Source: Macrostomum lignano (lineage: Eukaryota). Taken from it: a DNA stretch of 64,000 nt. Below, in pieces: positions 32,625 through 46,301 of this stretch. Position numbers and translations under genes: made by a program. The notes under the pieces were generated by a model, which was not told the DNA's origin, searched no databases, and saw nothing but the letters and a program-made list of their open reading frames with translations. The DNA lies in assembly GCA_002269645.1 (NCBI GenBank), contig NIVC01001645.1, positions 1-64,000 on the forward strand, written 5' to 3'. How positions within the stretch are numbered: position 1 is the stretch's first letter; every line of letters begins with the position of its first letter.

Positions 32625-35600
32625 TCACAGAACCCCAGTCACCCTGGCCCGACTTGTCCAGTCGTCTCGACTGACGTAGCAGCCGCTGACAACCCGCCGG
32701 CCGGAGAAGCCGCTCCGGCCGTGCAGCAGGCGCCAGTTGTCGATGAGAATGACAGTTCCGGGCCTGAGGCTCAGCCACACCTGAGACTCCGGCCGGTTGA
32801 GAATCTCGCTAAGGTGAGCGTAGGCGGCCAGGTAGGCGGCCACTTCGGCCTGGGGCACAGCGGCTAGCGAGTCCAAATCGTACGGATTGAAGCGGATCTG
32901 GTAGAGACTGCCGCCGCTCTCGGGGTCCAGTTTGAGTACGGTGTCCAGGCACCGGGTGTGGTGCGTCGGCTGCCCGGCCTCGAACTCCTGATACTGATGA
33001 AACACTGGGGCGCTCGCCAGCAGGTGAAAATGCGCCGCATTCTCTTGGCGAAGAGTCTCAGCCGCTTGGAAACCGTCGGCAAGGCAGGTGTCCCCACCGA
33101 CTGGGGCCGGCTCCAGCACGTGGAACACCTGCAGATTAGGGAGCGTTGATGGGAGAGAGTCCAGACAGTCGCCTCTCATTAGAATTTCACCCTCGATAAT
33201 CGCCTCTCCCGAGAATCTCACCCTCGATAATCGCCTCTCCCGAGAATCTCACCCAAGATAATCGCCTCTCATGAGAATCTCACCCTAGATAATCGCCTCT
33301 CATAAGAATCTCATCCTCGATAATCGCCTCTCCCGAGAATCTCACCCAAGATAATCGCCTCTCCCCGAGAATCTCATCCAAGATAATCGCCTCTCCCGAG
33401 AATCTCACCCTAGATAATTGCCTCTCCCCGAGAATCTCACCCTAGATAATCGCCTCTCATGAGAATCTCATCCTCGATAATCGCCTCTCCTGAGAATCTC
33501 ACCCAAGATAATCGCCTCGATAATCGCCTCTCATGAGAATCTCACCCAAGATAATCGCCTCTCATGAGAATCTCACCCTAGATAACCGCCTCTCCCGAGA
33601 ATCTCATCCTCGATAATCGCCTCTCCCGAGAATCTCACCCAAGATAATCGCCTCTCCCGAGAATCTCACCCAAGACAATCACCTCTCCCGAGAATCTCAT
33701 CCAAGATAATCGCCTCTCCCGAGAATCTCACCCAAGACAATCACCTCTCCCGAGAATCTCACCCAAGATAATCGCCTCTCCCGAGAATCGTACCCTAGAT
33801 AATTGCCTCGCATGAGAATCTCACCCAAGATAATCACCTCTCCCGAGAATCTCACCCAAGATAATCGCCTCTCCCGAGAATCTCACCCTCGATAATCGCC
33901 TCTCCTGAGAATCTCACCCAAGATAATCGCCTCTCATGAGAATCTCACCCTAGATAATCGCCTCTCATAAGAATCTCATCCTCGATAATCGCCTCTCCCG
34001 AGAATCTCACCCTAGATAATTGCCTCTCCCCGAGAATCTCACCCTAGATAATCGCCTCTCATGAGAATCTCACCCAAGATAACGCCTCTCCCGAGAATCT
34101 CACCCAAGACAATCACCTCTCCCGAGAATCTCACCCAAGATAATCGCCTCTACCGAGAATCTCACCCAAGATAATCGCCTCTCCCGAGAATCTCACCCAA
34201 GATAATCGCCTCTCCCGAGAATCTCACCCAAGACAATCACCTCTCCCGAGAATCTCACCCAAGATAACGCCTCTCCCGAGAATCTCACCCAAGATAATCG
34301 CCTCTCCCGAGAATCTCACCCAAGATAACGCCTCTCCCGAGAATCTCACCCAAGACAATCACCTCTCCCGAGAATCTCACCCAAGATAATCGCCTCTCCC
34401 GAGAATCTCACCCAAGATAATCGCCTCTCCCGAGAATCTCACCCAAGATAACGCCTCTCCCGAGAATCTCACCCTCTATAATCGCCTCTCCCGAGAATCT
34501 CACCCAAGATAACGCCTCTCCCGAGAATCTCACCCAAGACAATCACCTCTCCCGAGAATCTCACCCAAGATAATCGCCTCTCCCGAGAATCTCACCCAAG
34601 ATAATCGCCTCTCCCGAGAATCTCACCCAAGACAATCACCTCTCCCGAGAATCTCACCCAAGATAACGCCTCTCCCGAGAATCTCACCCAAGATAATCGC
34701 CTCTCCCGAGAATCTCACCCAAGATAACGCCTCTCCCGAGAATCTCACCCAAGACAATCACCTCTCCCGAGAATCTCACCCAAGATAATCGCCTCTCCCG
34801 AGAATCGTACCCTAGATAATTGCAAAAATTTGAGTTTACTCGTAAGATAAAAATAAAAAATAAAAATTTTAAGTTACGATACTACTCGTGTCTAATCAGT
34901 AGTAAGGTAGAAAATTTTAATCAACTCGAATGCAAAATCAAATCACACGCCTGCAAGCAATGAAGCTAGAGGGAACTCTTAGACGTCTTTCTATTCGATT
35001 TTTTGTTAATTTATCTTTTAAAGAGAATAAAAGTTTCACGCAATTGAATTGAATTCGCAACTTTTACAATTCCTTTTTTTCAAGGGAATTTTGGCCGCCA
35101 GAGTTGGAGACCATTTTCCTAATCCACTTAATTGTTACAGAGTGGTGCACAGTCTCTCGCTACTTGCGTGCACAGAAACAAGCAATCTTACATGGGGGAA
35201 CCTTCTGTTCAGCAAAAACCATAATTGATGCACTCTCATAAGTGGAACGTGACTTTGAATTGATTGCGCGGCGCTGCTTGTGTTGCTCCTATAGAAGTTT
35301 TGTCCTGTGAACTCATTAGTGGTGGTCGAGTGAGGCGAGTTGGCTTTGCATTGCTGAGAACCAGCTATGTCTACTTGTGAACGGATCGCGTTTAACGGAA
35401 CAGTACACTGGAACGCTTCGTAGAGGATCCAGTGGGTGAAGGATCCAGTGGGTGAAGGATCCAGTGGGTGAAGGATCCAGTGGGTGAAGGATCCAGTGGG
35501 TGAAGGATCCAGTGGGTGAAGGATCCAGTGGGTGAAGGATCCAGTGGGTGAAGGATCCAGTGGGTGAAGGATCCAGTGGGTGAAGGATCCAGTGGGTGAA

Positions 35601-36989
35601 GGATCCAGTGGGTGAAGGATCCAGTGGGTGAAGGATCCAGTGGGTGAAGGATCCAGTGGGTGAAGGATCCAGTGGGTGAAGGATCCAGTGGGTGAAGGAT
35701 CCAGTGGGTGAAGGATCCAGTGGGTGAAGGATCCAGTGGGTGAAGGATCCAGTGGGTGAAGGATCCAGTGGGTAAAGGATCCAGTGGGTGAAGGATCCAG
35801 TGGGTGAAGGATCCAGTGGGTGAAGGATCCAGTGGGTGAAGGATCCAGTGGGTGAAGGATCCAGTGGGTGAAGGATCCAGTGGGTGAAGGATCCAGTGGG
35901 TGAAGGATCCAGTGGGTGAAGGATCCAGTGGGTGAAGGATCCAGTGGGTGAAGGATCCAGTGGGTGAAGGATCCAGTGGGTGAAGGATCCAGTGGGTGAA
36001 GGATCCAGTGGGTGAAGGATCCAGTGGGTGAAGGATCCAGTGGGTGAAGGATCCAGTGGGTGAAGGATCCAGTGGGTGAAAGATCCAGTGGGTAAAGGAT
36101 CCAGTGGGTGAAGGATCCAGTGGGTGAAGGATCCAGTGGGTGAAGGATCCAGTGGGTGAAGGATCCAGTGGGTGAAGGATCCAGTGGGTGAAGGATCCAG
36201 TGCAAATCAATTCAAATCAGTCCTCACCTGCAGGCCGGCCCCATTGTGCAAATAAGTAGTGTCATTGTGCACCCCGATGGCGTCGCTGCCATAGGCGGTG
36301 TCCTGCCTGCTGCCGTCGGCCGTGAATGTCCACATGCCGCCGAACAGGCTCGGCATGACAGGCGCCACCTGCCGGACCGCCGCCTCGGTGGCTGCCTCGG
36401 TGGCCTCCACGCCGGTGACGGTGGCAACGCCGCAGGACCAGAGGTTCCGCAGCACCGTCCGCAGGCCGCTGGGCGCCGACTCGAGCTCCGACAGCGGCAC
36501 CGGCCGGATTGCCGACGTGCCCTCCAACGGGTGTCCAGCCGACCGGGTCCATAGGCTCCGACCGCGGCCGCTGCCGCCACCGTCCGGGGACAGCAGCGAC
36601 TCCAGCTGGGAGTAGGCAAACTCGGTCACGTGACCGTCTGACCAGTCGAGGCGGACACCCGAGCTGTCGGGCAACTGGCTGAGCCGCGGCGGAGACTTGC
36701 CGGCAGCCAGAGCAGTCGCTGGCGAGATGACCCGCTGCCGGGTGGCGGCGTTGTGGCAGTCGGCGCAGCGGCAGTTGAACCGCAGCCAGGCGCAGCTCAG
36801 GCGGCGCAGCTTGCCGTCCGGGTATCGAATCTCGGCCGTGGCCGGTCCAGCTGTTGCCGCGGCCGCTGCCGAGGACAATGAGCAGCACTGGCGAGGCTGG
36901 CGGAGCCAAATCGCAGCAGCCGCTGCTGACCCCGCCGGCTTCAGCTGGGAGCCGATGAGGCAGCGTAAGAAGCTGCTGTTGTAGAGCAT
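32625..36989 (-). CDS. TMLHE: Trimethyllysine dioxygenase (Fe/2-oxoglutarate oxygenase, carnitine biosynthesis), about 421 aa
   Basis: Exons are 36989-36228 and 33128-32625, joined in phase 0 (CAG|gtgagg...ctgcag|GTG). The N-terminus looks like a mitochondrial targeting sequence, followed by the Zn motif WLRFNCRCADCH...WSDGH. The iron ligands are DTAY...HND and LLHGR, and the C-terminus LRPGTVILIDNWRLLHGRSGFSGRRVVSGCYVSRDD...AR is TMLHE-like rather than BBOX1-like. Confidence 0.88.
33170..34822. repeat. About 30-31-bp minisatellite (GAGAATCTCACCCAAGATAATCGCCTCTCCC)n, about 53 copies, in the TMLHE intron
   Basis: Read directly; it grades into the 3' splice-site region. Confidence 0.95.
35424..36202. 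repeat. 16-bp minisatellite (GAAGGATCCAGTGGGT)n, about 48 copies, in the TMLHE intron
   Basis: Read directly; it starts about 25 nt from the donor site. Confidence 0.96.
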
Positions 36990-38489
36990 CGCGCCTGGGT
37001 TTGTTTAGACAATTGATTTTATATGTCTGCTTAGATACCGGAACTATGTGCTTCATAATTCTCCCATGAGAGCTAGCTTCCTGGTTGTTAGTTGCGGCCA
37101 TAAACTAAAGTTCAGTACGTCTGCATTGAACCTTAATCGATTCTATATACCCTTGATGAAGCCACTCAAGCCACCTAGCAGGAGCGCGAGACCACAAACT
37201 GTGGCTTCTGCTGCTCTCAAGCATTAGCATCAGCAGCTGGTGTCTGTGGCCCTAACCCCAGGGTTTTTAGGGCCTCGGAGACGGCCGCTGAATACATTAG
37301 CGAATGCTGGAGCGACATATCTAGGCAAAGAGGATTGAGGCAATATAGATGAGGCGCATCTAGGTAATACTCTTTGCATCTAACCTGTCATCTAGCCTAC
37401 TATCTAGCCTACTTAGATGCAGGTAATATAGAATCTTTGTTTGGTAGTAGATTGATATAAAGGACGCAGAGAGGATAACGCGTACGAATATCGCACCAAA
37501 AGTATCCAGGTTGATTCCGAGGGTTGATCCCCGTGCGAATATGTGCATGCGTGTGTATGTAAGTGCGGCATGGGGGAACTGGGGAGGGAGGGGGTTGGCG
37601 CAACGCAACCTGACGACTCTGCGACACTCAGTCTGTCTCTCTACTGGCTGCACTTTTTGAATGCTCGCGGTTCCTGCACATGATAGCTGAAACTAGCCAA
37701 GTGGTCCTTGAAACAAACATTAGGGACACTGCTTTAGTGCCACGTGACAGCGTCAGTTAGGGGGATTGAGGTTAGTTGAGCTGGACGTCTCGCAGAAAAC
37801 GTTGACAGAGAAGCAAGCGCTGCTAAGGATCCAAAAGACACGATGAAAATCATTGTCAAGTAAATAGGTATTTTATTCAGGTAAAATGAGAATCACAATT
37901 AATAACGAACCGAAGTCATACTAATGCAGTTGAAATCATTAGGACTCATTAAAGTGCTTGCTAGTTGCAACTTACCAAAGGTCTATCGGTATTAAGAAAA
38001 GCTAGATGACAGGATGAGGGCAGGCTGCAGTGTTTCTATTGCTTACAGTGTTGAGAGCCAAGTGCTGTAGATGTGCAGCTCTGAATTAGGTTTTTTCTAG
38101 AATTTGGGATAGAGAATGAGTGAGGCGGGGCCGGCAGTGCACAACACAGTACAATGGTTGGCCCCAGAGGACCTGGCCCTGTACACAGTCTGTGTGCGCG
38201 CAGCATGTAGAATTTGCGCGGCTAATTTGGACCTGCGATGCAACATGAAACTTTATCATCATTAAATCTTATAATCTACATTTTTTATGTTCCACCTTTT
38301 ATTTCGTGTAGGCAGTTTCACGATTCTTGTCTCCTGAGGCCAGGCGTACATAATAGCTTTCTGATTGACATTTAATGCGCTTCGGCCTTATGAAGCTGAG
38401 ATTTTATTCTGCTCCAATGACTGGCCTCTGTAGTCTGGTCTAGAAAAAAGATGCACTTGAATGCATACGTTTAGTATTACACTGGGAGT

Positions 38490-38780
38490 GGTATTACAGT
38501 ACAGTATTACAGTAATACAAAAACTCTACATAATATAATACAATACAATATAATACAATACATTACTCTACATACATTTCTCTACATACAGTAAAACAAT
38601 ATAATACAGTACGACTTATTACCGCATTACAGTATAGCAACATTACAGTATTACAGAATTATAATATTAAAGCATTAAAGAATTACTGCATTACAGTATT
38701 GTAACATTACAGTATTACATTATTACACCATTATCGTATTGCAGTATTACACAAATACAATATTACAGTATTGCAGTAAT
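38490..38780. repeat. Degenerate, about 10-bp CATTACAGTA-type repeat
   Basis: Recurring CATTACAGTA and TATTACA motifs that are heavily diverged. Confidence 0.65.
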
Positions 38781-38886
38781 AAAACATTGTAGCAAATTAG
38801 GCAAATTTTCGCTCAATAAAATGACCGGTACTTCATTTTTCGTTGCTTTGTACATCTGCATGGCTCATTTGATGGCGGCGTGCACA

Positions 38887-39182
38887 GGTCATAGATCATA
38901 CATAGTCATAGATCATAGATCATGGATAGTCATAGATCATATATATCATAGATAGTGATAGATCATATAGATCATAGATCATAGATCATAGATAGTTATA
39001 GATCATAGATAGTTATAGATCATAGATAGTTATAGATCATAGATAGTTATAGATCATAGATAGTTATAGATCATAGATAGTTATAGATCATAGATCATAA
39101 ATAGTTATAGATCATAGATCATAAATAGTCATAGATCATAGATCATAGATAGTCATAGATCATAGATCATAGATAATGGATA
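38887..39182. repeat. ATAGATC / ATAGATAGTY satellite, left part
   Basis: Same units as 41472-43450, on the other side of the LINE. Confidence 0.93.
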
Positions 39183-41478
39183 CTTACTACTGCTTACTAT
39201 CGACGGGGGGCAGAGCGCCGCGAATAGGCCGCGAGGCCCCTATCGCAACCCCAAGCTAAAAACAGAAAGGCGTTAGCCTTGGGGCTGCGCCCACCCCTCG
39301 TGGGCAGCAGAAGAGCTCGCGAGAGTGGCGTCTGCGATCTTCATCCGCCCAGAATCCCGAACGAATGCGCGCAGATCACGGATCCGGTCCGGAGTGGTGA
39401 GCTCGTCCAGCCTTAGCGGGTGACCGAGGTTACGTCACCGCGCATCGTTGAAGTGCGGGCAGAAAGTGACGTGGTGCGTCGAGGTTTCCTCCTCTAGATC
39501 TGCCCAGAATGGGCAGATGGGGGGAGCAACCACTTTGCAGTGAAACATGTCTCTGGAAGAAGCCATGGCCAGTGATGACCATGCACATCTCCCTGAGGTT
39601 TTACTTAAGGAGATTAGATATTCGGATATTTTCCGGTTTATGACAGGCATTGCGATTCGCGTTTGCCGATATTCGGAGCAGCTGTTCCAGTAGACCTGGT
39701 GCTGGCGGTTCAGCCACTCCTGAATGGCGCGATTGACTGATGATTTCGAAGAGGGTAACCTTGACTGGGCGTTGCGCTCCACCGGGGGTGCAACCCCGCT
39801 TGGCAAGTTGATCTACCAGCTCATTGCCGAGGATGTTGCTGTGGCCTGGTGTCCAGATTACATTGATCCTGTTGAGAATCGCCAGGGTCTGCAAGCTTTG
39901 GAAGCAGTCTGAAACTGACTTGGTTGAGAGCTTGATGGAAGACAAGGCCTTAATAGCGGCCTGGCTGTCAGCGTAAAAATAAATGTCAAAGCTGCTGATA
40001 CCAGCTTTATACGAATGCTCCGCACACTGGTTGATGGCTACAACTTCGGATTGAAAAACCGAGACATTCTCACCAAGATGAAGACTCTCTTGTAAGATCG
40101 CCTCACCCTTGTGGAAAATGGCGATGCCCGCACCAGCGAGACCGTCACACAGGGATCCGTCAGTGAAGCAGTGAATACCCTGGCTTCTACGGTTGATGCC
40201 CACATCTAGCGGGTGGCTCACTCGCGGCGGAAGGGTACACTTGAAGCCCTTCCTGAGGATGAAAGTGGGGGGTTTGCAGTCCACCTCGTCTAAATTGAGC
40301 TGGATGTGTTGAAGGTCGCGACGGATATAGTCCAGATGTGGGATGAGAGTCTTCTCGGGCATGAAGCCAATGGGAGTGTTAGCAATAAATTTATCACAGA
40401 TGAGACGCGTGGCATCCTTCATCGCCTCAGCTCTAATGAAAAAATGCAGCGGAGGCATGCTGAGGATGGTGTTGAGCCCCTCGTAGGGGGTGGATGGATA
40501 CGCACCGGTGATGGCACGACAGATGTTACCCTGCAGCTGGTACAACCGGTCCCGTACAGTCTTCAACTCCAACGCACTGGACCAGATAACACACGCGTAG
40601 GTAATACTGGGTCGAATGATGCCGTTGTAGATCCACCTGACCGTCTTGGGAGATAGCCCCCAGGTAGGCCCAATGGCTCTTCTCACCTGCGCGAAGCAGC
40701 GCCTGGCGCGCTCGATGACATTATCAGCGTGCTTGGTCCAACGCAAATCGTGAGTGAGCGTCACACCTAGATATTTTGTTTCCTTGACTAGGGGGATATC
40801 CTTACCATAGATGGTGAGGTTCCGCATGCTCCACTTCCACTTCCTGGTGAAGATAATGGCCACCGTCTTAGCGGTGCTAATGGTTAGGCCGTGCCGGGTA
40901 GCCCAGGCTTGCGCCTTATCGGCGAACTGCTGCATCAAGCTTCGAATAGTGCTGGTGTCAGGGCCACTGACAATAGCAGCGACATCATCAGCGTAGCCTG
41001 CCTTGACTATGCTGCTGGGGACGTCAGCCGTCAGGAGCTCGTCCATCACGAGATTCCAGAGCAGCGGGGTGAGCACCCCACCTTGGGCTCCGCCTTTAGT
41101 AACCGTATGAGTGCAAGTGGCATCCATGAGGGAGGAAGTCACCTTCCTGTTCCGAATCATAAAGTCGATCCATCGCACAATGCTGGGTCGGACCTTTTTC
41201 TGCAAAAGGGAGTCACTGAAGGAGCCAAATAAAACGTTATTGAAGGCCCCATCGATGTCACAGAAAAGCCCACAGGCAATCTGCTTACTCAGGATAGCTT
41301 TCTCAATGGCTGAGGTGATAATATGCAAAGCGTGCTCGGTAGTTTTACCTGGTTGGAAGGCGAATTGGTGCTTACTTATGGGTGCCGTCCTCAACTCGCA
41401 GTCGCGCAGCCTCCACAAGATGAGTTTCTCCATCAGCTTGACACAGAAGGATGTTAGGCTGATGGGGCGGAATAGATC
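39183..41478 (-). mobile_element. 5'-truncated non-LTR retrotransposon (I-group-like: RT, RNase H, C-terminal Cys/His knuckle)
   Basis: RT motifs are [39 protein letters not shown] and KYLGV. RNase H motifs are FTDGS, SEVVA, ADSQAA and [16 protein letters not shown]. The C-terminus is frameshifted (ITGHG...ICPF...H...CP), the 3' tail reads TAGTAAGCAGTAGTAAG, and a candidate 7-bp TSD ATGGATA lies at 39176-39182 and 41479-41485. Confidence 0.93.
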
Positions 41479-43450
41479 ATGGATAGTCATAGATCATAGA
41501 TCATAGATAGTTATAGATCAAAGATCATGGATAGTCATAGATCATAGATCATAGATAGTCATAGATCATAGATCATGGATAGTCATAGATCATAGATCAT
41601 AGATAGTCATAGATCATAGATCATGGATAGTTATAGATCATAGATCATAGATAGTCATAGATCATAGATCATAGATAGTTATAGATCATAGATCATAGAT
41701 AGTTATAGATCATAGATCATGGATAGTTATAGATCATAGATCATAGATCATAGATAGTCATAGATCATAGATCATGGATAGTCATAGATCATAGATCATG
41801 GATAGTTATAGATCATAGATCATGGATAGTCATAGATCATAGATCATAGATAGTTATAGATCATAAATCATAGATCATAGATAGTTATTGATCATAGATC
41901 ATAGATAGTCATAGATCATAGATCATAGATAGTCATAGATCATAGATCATAGATAGTCATAGATCATAGATCATAGATAGTTATAGATCATAGATCATGG
42001 ATAGTCATAGATCATAGATCATAGATAGATATAGATCATAGATCATGGATAGTTATAGATCATAGATCATGGATAGTCATAGATCATAGATCATAGATAG
42101 ATATAGATCATAGATCATGGATAGTCATAGATCATAGATCATAGATAGATATAGATCATAGATCATAGATAGTTATAGATCATAAATCATAGATCATAGA
42201 TAGTTATAGATCATAGATCATGGATAGTCATAGATCATAAATCATAGATAGTTATAGATCATAGATCATAGATAGTTATAGATCATAGATCATGGATAGT
42301 CATAGATCATAGATCATAGATAGTTATAGATCATAGATCATGGATAGTTATAGATCATAGATCATAGATCATAGATAGTTATAGATCATAGATCATGGAT
42401 AGTCATAGATCAAAAATCATAGATAGTTATAGATCATAGATCATAGATAGTTATAGATCATAGATCATGGATAGTCATAGATCATAGATCATAGATAGTT
42501 ATAGATCATAGATCATGGATAGTCATAGATCATAGATCATAGATAGATATAGATCATAGATCATAGATAGTTATAGATCATAAATCATAGATCATAGATA
42601 GTTATTGATCATAGATCATAGATAGTCATAGATCATAGATCATAGATAGTCATAGATCATAGATCATAGATAGTTATAGATCATAGATCATGGATAGTCA
42701 TAGATCATAGATCATAGATAGATATAGATCATAGATCATAGATAGTTATAGATCATAGATCATAGATAGTTATAGATCATAGATCATGGATAGTTATAGA
42801 TCATAGATCATAGATAGTTATAGATCATAGATCATAGATAGTCATAGATCATAGATCATAGATAGTCATAGATCATAGATCATAGATAGTTATAGATCAT
42901 AAATCATAGATCATAGATAGTTATTGATCATAGATCATAGATAGTCATAGATCATAGATCATAGATAGTCATAGATCATAGATCATAGATAGTTATAGAT
43001 CATAGATCATGGATAGTCATAGATCATAGATCATAGATAGTTATAGATCATAGATCATAGATAGTTATAGATCATAGATCATAGATAGTCATAGATCATA
43101 GATCATAGATAGTCATAGATCATAGATCATAGATAGTTATAGATCATAAATCATAGATCATAGATAGTTATTGATCATAGATCATGGATAGTCATAGATC
43201 ATAGATCATAGATAGTTATAGATCATAGATCATAGATAGTTATAGATCATAGATCATAGATCATAGATAGTTATAGATCATAGATCATAGATAGTTATAG
43301 ATCATAGATCATAGATCATAGATAGTTATAGATCATAGATAGTTATAGATCATAGATTATGGATAGTTATAGATCATAGATCATAGATAGTCATAGATCA
43401 TATAGATCATAGATAGTCATAGATCTTAGTCTTAGTCATAGCCTTAGATC
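41472..43450. repeat. ATAGATC / ATRGATAGTY satellite (7+7+10, about 24-bp higher-order unit), right part
   Basis: Read directly; recurring variant blocks (CATAAATC, TTATTGATC) indicate internal duplications. Confidence 0.95.
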
Positions 43451-43937
43451 ATAGTCAGGCTCAAAACAATCTTGCTCTCATTTTTGTCAGACCCTGGTAA
43501 AAGCGAGTGCGAGTGGCTTTGCGGGTCCGAAATTGGTCAAATATATTGTAGAATGGGTATGAACCAACTGTACATTGACTCTATTCATAATATTGATTAG
43601 CTTTAGCCTAACATATTCCGCATGATTTGAATATTTAATGTATGATGTTTAATATCCAAATGGATTTACAAATTTGGATGTGCGAGAATTATTTACGGAA
43701 TAATGGTATGATATTATGATAATGTGATAATAAAATTTTATCCCAGCAGCATCACTGCCGTTGCCTGCCGAATCAGTTTTTTTTAAATCTGGTCATGAAG
43801 GAAACTTTTGAGAGACTCTTAAAACTGCAGCTATCAGACACGAACCCGTTGAAACAATAAAATGAGTGCTATTATGCGAAAATGCTGATTTAATAATCAG
43901 AATTGATGGCTAAAATGCCAAACTCTTGGATAGCGAA

Positions 43938-44554
43938 GAGGAGAGAGGAGAGGAGAGAAGAGAAGAGGAGAGGAGAGGAGAGGAGAGGAGAGGAGAGTAG
44001 AGGAGAGGAGAGGAGAGAAGAGGAGAGGAGAGGAGAGGAGAGGAGAGGAGAGAAGAGGAGAGGAGAGGAGAGGAGAGGAGAGGAGAGAAGAGGAGAGGAG
44101 AGGAGAGTAGAGGAGAGGAGAGGAGAGGAGAGGAGAGAAGAGGAGAGGAGAGGAGAGGAGAGGAGAGTAGAGTAGAGGAGAGGAGAGGAGAGGAGAGGAG
44201 AGGAGAGGAGAGGAGAGTAGAGTAGAGTAGAGTAGAGGAGAGGAGAGGAGAGAAGAGGAGAGGAGAGGAGAGGAGAGGAGAGGAGAGTAGAGGAGAGGAG
44301 AGGAGAGTAGAGTAGAGGAGAGGAGAGAAGAGGAGAGGAGAGAAGAGGAGAGGAGAGGAGAGGAGAGGAGAGGAGAGGAGAGAAGAGGAGAGGAGAGGAG
44401 AGGAGAGGAGAGGAGAGGAGAGGAGAGGAGAGTAGAGGAGAGGAGAGGAGAGGAGAGGAGAGAAGAGGAGAGGAGAGGAGAGGAGAGGAGAGGAGAGGAG
44501 AGGAGAGGAGAGGAGAGGAGAGGAGAGGAGAGGAGAGGAGAGGAGAGGAGAGAG
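43938..44554. repeat. (AGAGG)n pentanucleotide microsatellite
   Basis: Read directly from the sequence. Confidence 0.96.
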
Positions 44555-45009
44555 GCAGGCATTCATAGGCAGTCAAATGGCTCGCAAGCAATTTTCGCGC
44601 TTCCACACGTGGTATTAAAAAGATCACTGGCTACAATACTCGTAGAACTTGCCTAATATGGTTGCCTGATGAACACGTTAAAATTAGTCGTATTTGGCAG
44701 AAATTTTGACGGTTTTCCTCAGAACAGATAATTAGTCTGACGCTCAGAACTCCAAATATGGCTTAATCTGACATTTCCTCTCAAGTAAAAAGTTAAGACA
44801 GCCTAATGATGAAACTGCTTCTGTTAAAAAAACCTTCACATAAAAGTTTGAGAGCTATAATAATAAAGTAAAAGAAAGAACTGGCAAAATGCATCAACAA
44901 CCCAGCTTTGAGTTTTTTAGCACATCAATAGGCCAACTCTCAACTTCTAAGCTTCCAAGTTGTAAACGAAGTAGCAAATTTATGGAGCCATACTCTTGGA
45001 AATGTCGCC

Positions 45010-45480
45010 GACAAGACGCAGAAATCATTCGACATGGATTCACCACTCGGATCAACCAGTGGGTGGCTTCTAAGCACAGGGAGAGGTGGGCTAACGCCCC
45101 CGACTGCCGGCAATCCCGCGCGGCTGTTCCCCTGTCCTTCCTCCGCCCTGCGCAGGGCCCTGCTTGGACTCAACTGCAGGGACATCAGGGCGGTGACCAT
45201 TGCCCTCTCGGGTCATGGCTGTTTTGCAAGGCATCGCCACCTCCAGGGAAAAATCCGCAGTGAGGAATGCCCATTCTAGCTCTGCGGTGTCGAGAATGCG
45301 GAGCATTTCATCTGTGAATGTCCTGCCTTTACTCAGGACGGACTCAAGGGCTTACTTAAGGGCTACCGGGCGAGCGACCATCCAGACACCGGCACCACCG
45401 GAACTCCCTGCGCGACACCGCAGCACCAGCTGCCCGTGGTCGCCAGGGGTTAGCGAAATGGGCGGCAACGCCTCCTCGCT
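45010..45480 (+). mobile_element. Degenerate 3'-end fragment of a non-LTR retrotransposon, same family as 6300-6742
   Basis: It encodes [23 protein letters not shown], then after a frameshift [42 protein letters not shown]. It has an internal deletion relative to the 6.5-kb copy. Confidence 0.8.
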
Positions 45481-45745
45481 TCATCCGGATGCACGGAGCC
45501 CCCCTGCAGCTGAGTCAAGTACGTTCGACATGGATAATCATACTTGATTCCTTGACTACGCTCATATTTCGGCATTACTTACTTCTTACTCCCGGCACAA
45601 AATCCCCCAAGGCCAGAGAGATCAGCCAATTTGAAAGATCCTGTTTGAAGGAAATACAGGCAGGCACCGCCTCCTGTCAAGTCGTATTCCGATTGATTCT
45701 TCCTTGAAAGCGTCAAGAGAGCGTCTCGGTCGGCCAGGCCGTCAC

Positions 45746-46016
<271 letters not shown>

Positions 46017-46024
46017 CGCCACGC

Positions 46025-46155
46025 CATCCGGGAAGTGCAGTAAAAACAGGGCCATTCCAATAGGAAGGGAAGCGAGTTGACGTCACTCTCCACTAGGGAA
46101 TTGGCAGACACCAGCAGTGGCGCAGGCAAGCAAGCTCTGCACTGATTGGCTGACG
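46025..46155 (+). promoter_or_regulatory. Candidate GPCR promoter: CCAAT (46057), perfect CRE TGACGTCA (46078-46085), reverse CCAAT (46145)
   Basis: Motif cluster 150-280 nt upstream of the ATG; function is inferred. Confidence 0.35.
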
Positions 46156-46301
46156 GTCAGGTCTCAGTTTTAGGACTTGGCAGTAAAAAGACAGGCCCTC
46201 CCTATAGAAGGGGTGCCGCTCTCACTTCAAAACGCTGCGTAGATTTGCAGTTTGCAAAGCTGCGCCGCTATAGTGAAACCTTTATTTATTTAGCCAGGAA
46301 A

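Noticed and set aside
35135-36210. 356- and 272-aa repetitive ORFs, and likewise the ORFs at 5536, 10229, 19325, 25857, 43890, 45579, 50433, 51276, 55344 and 62477
   Set aside because: All are open frames through micro- or minisatellites.
37245-37272. Hairpin containing CCCTAA and TTAGGG (telomere-like or Helitron end)
   Set aside because: There are only single telomeric units, and no CTRR terminus at the expected distance.
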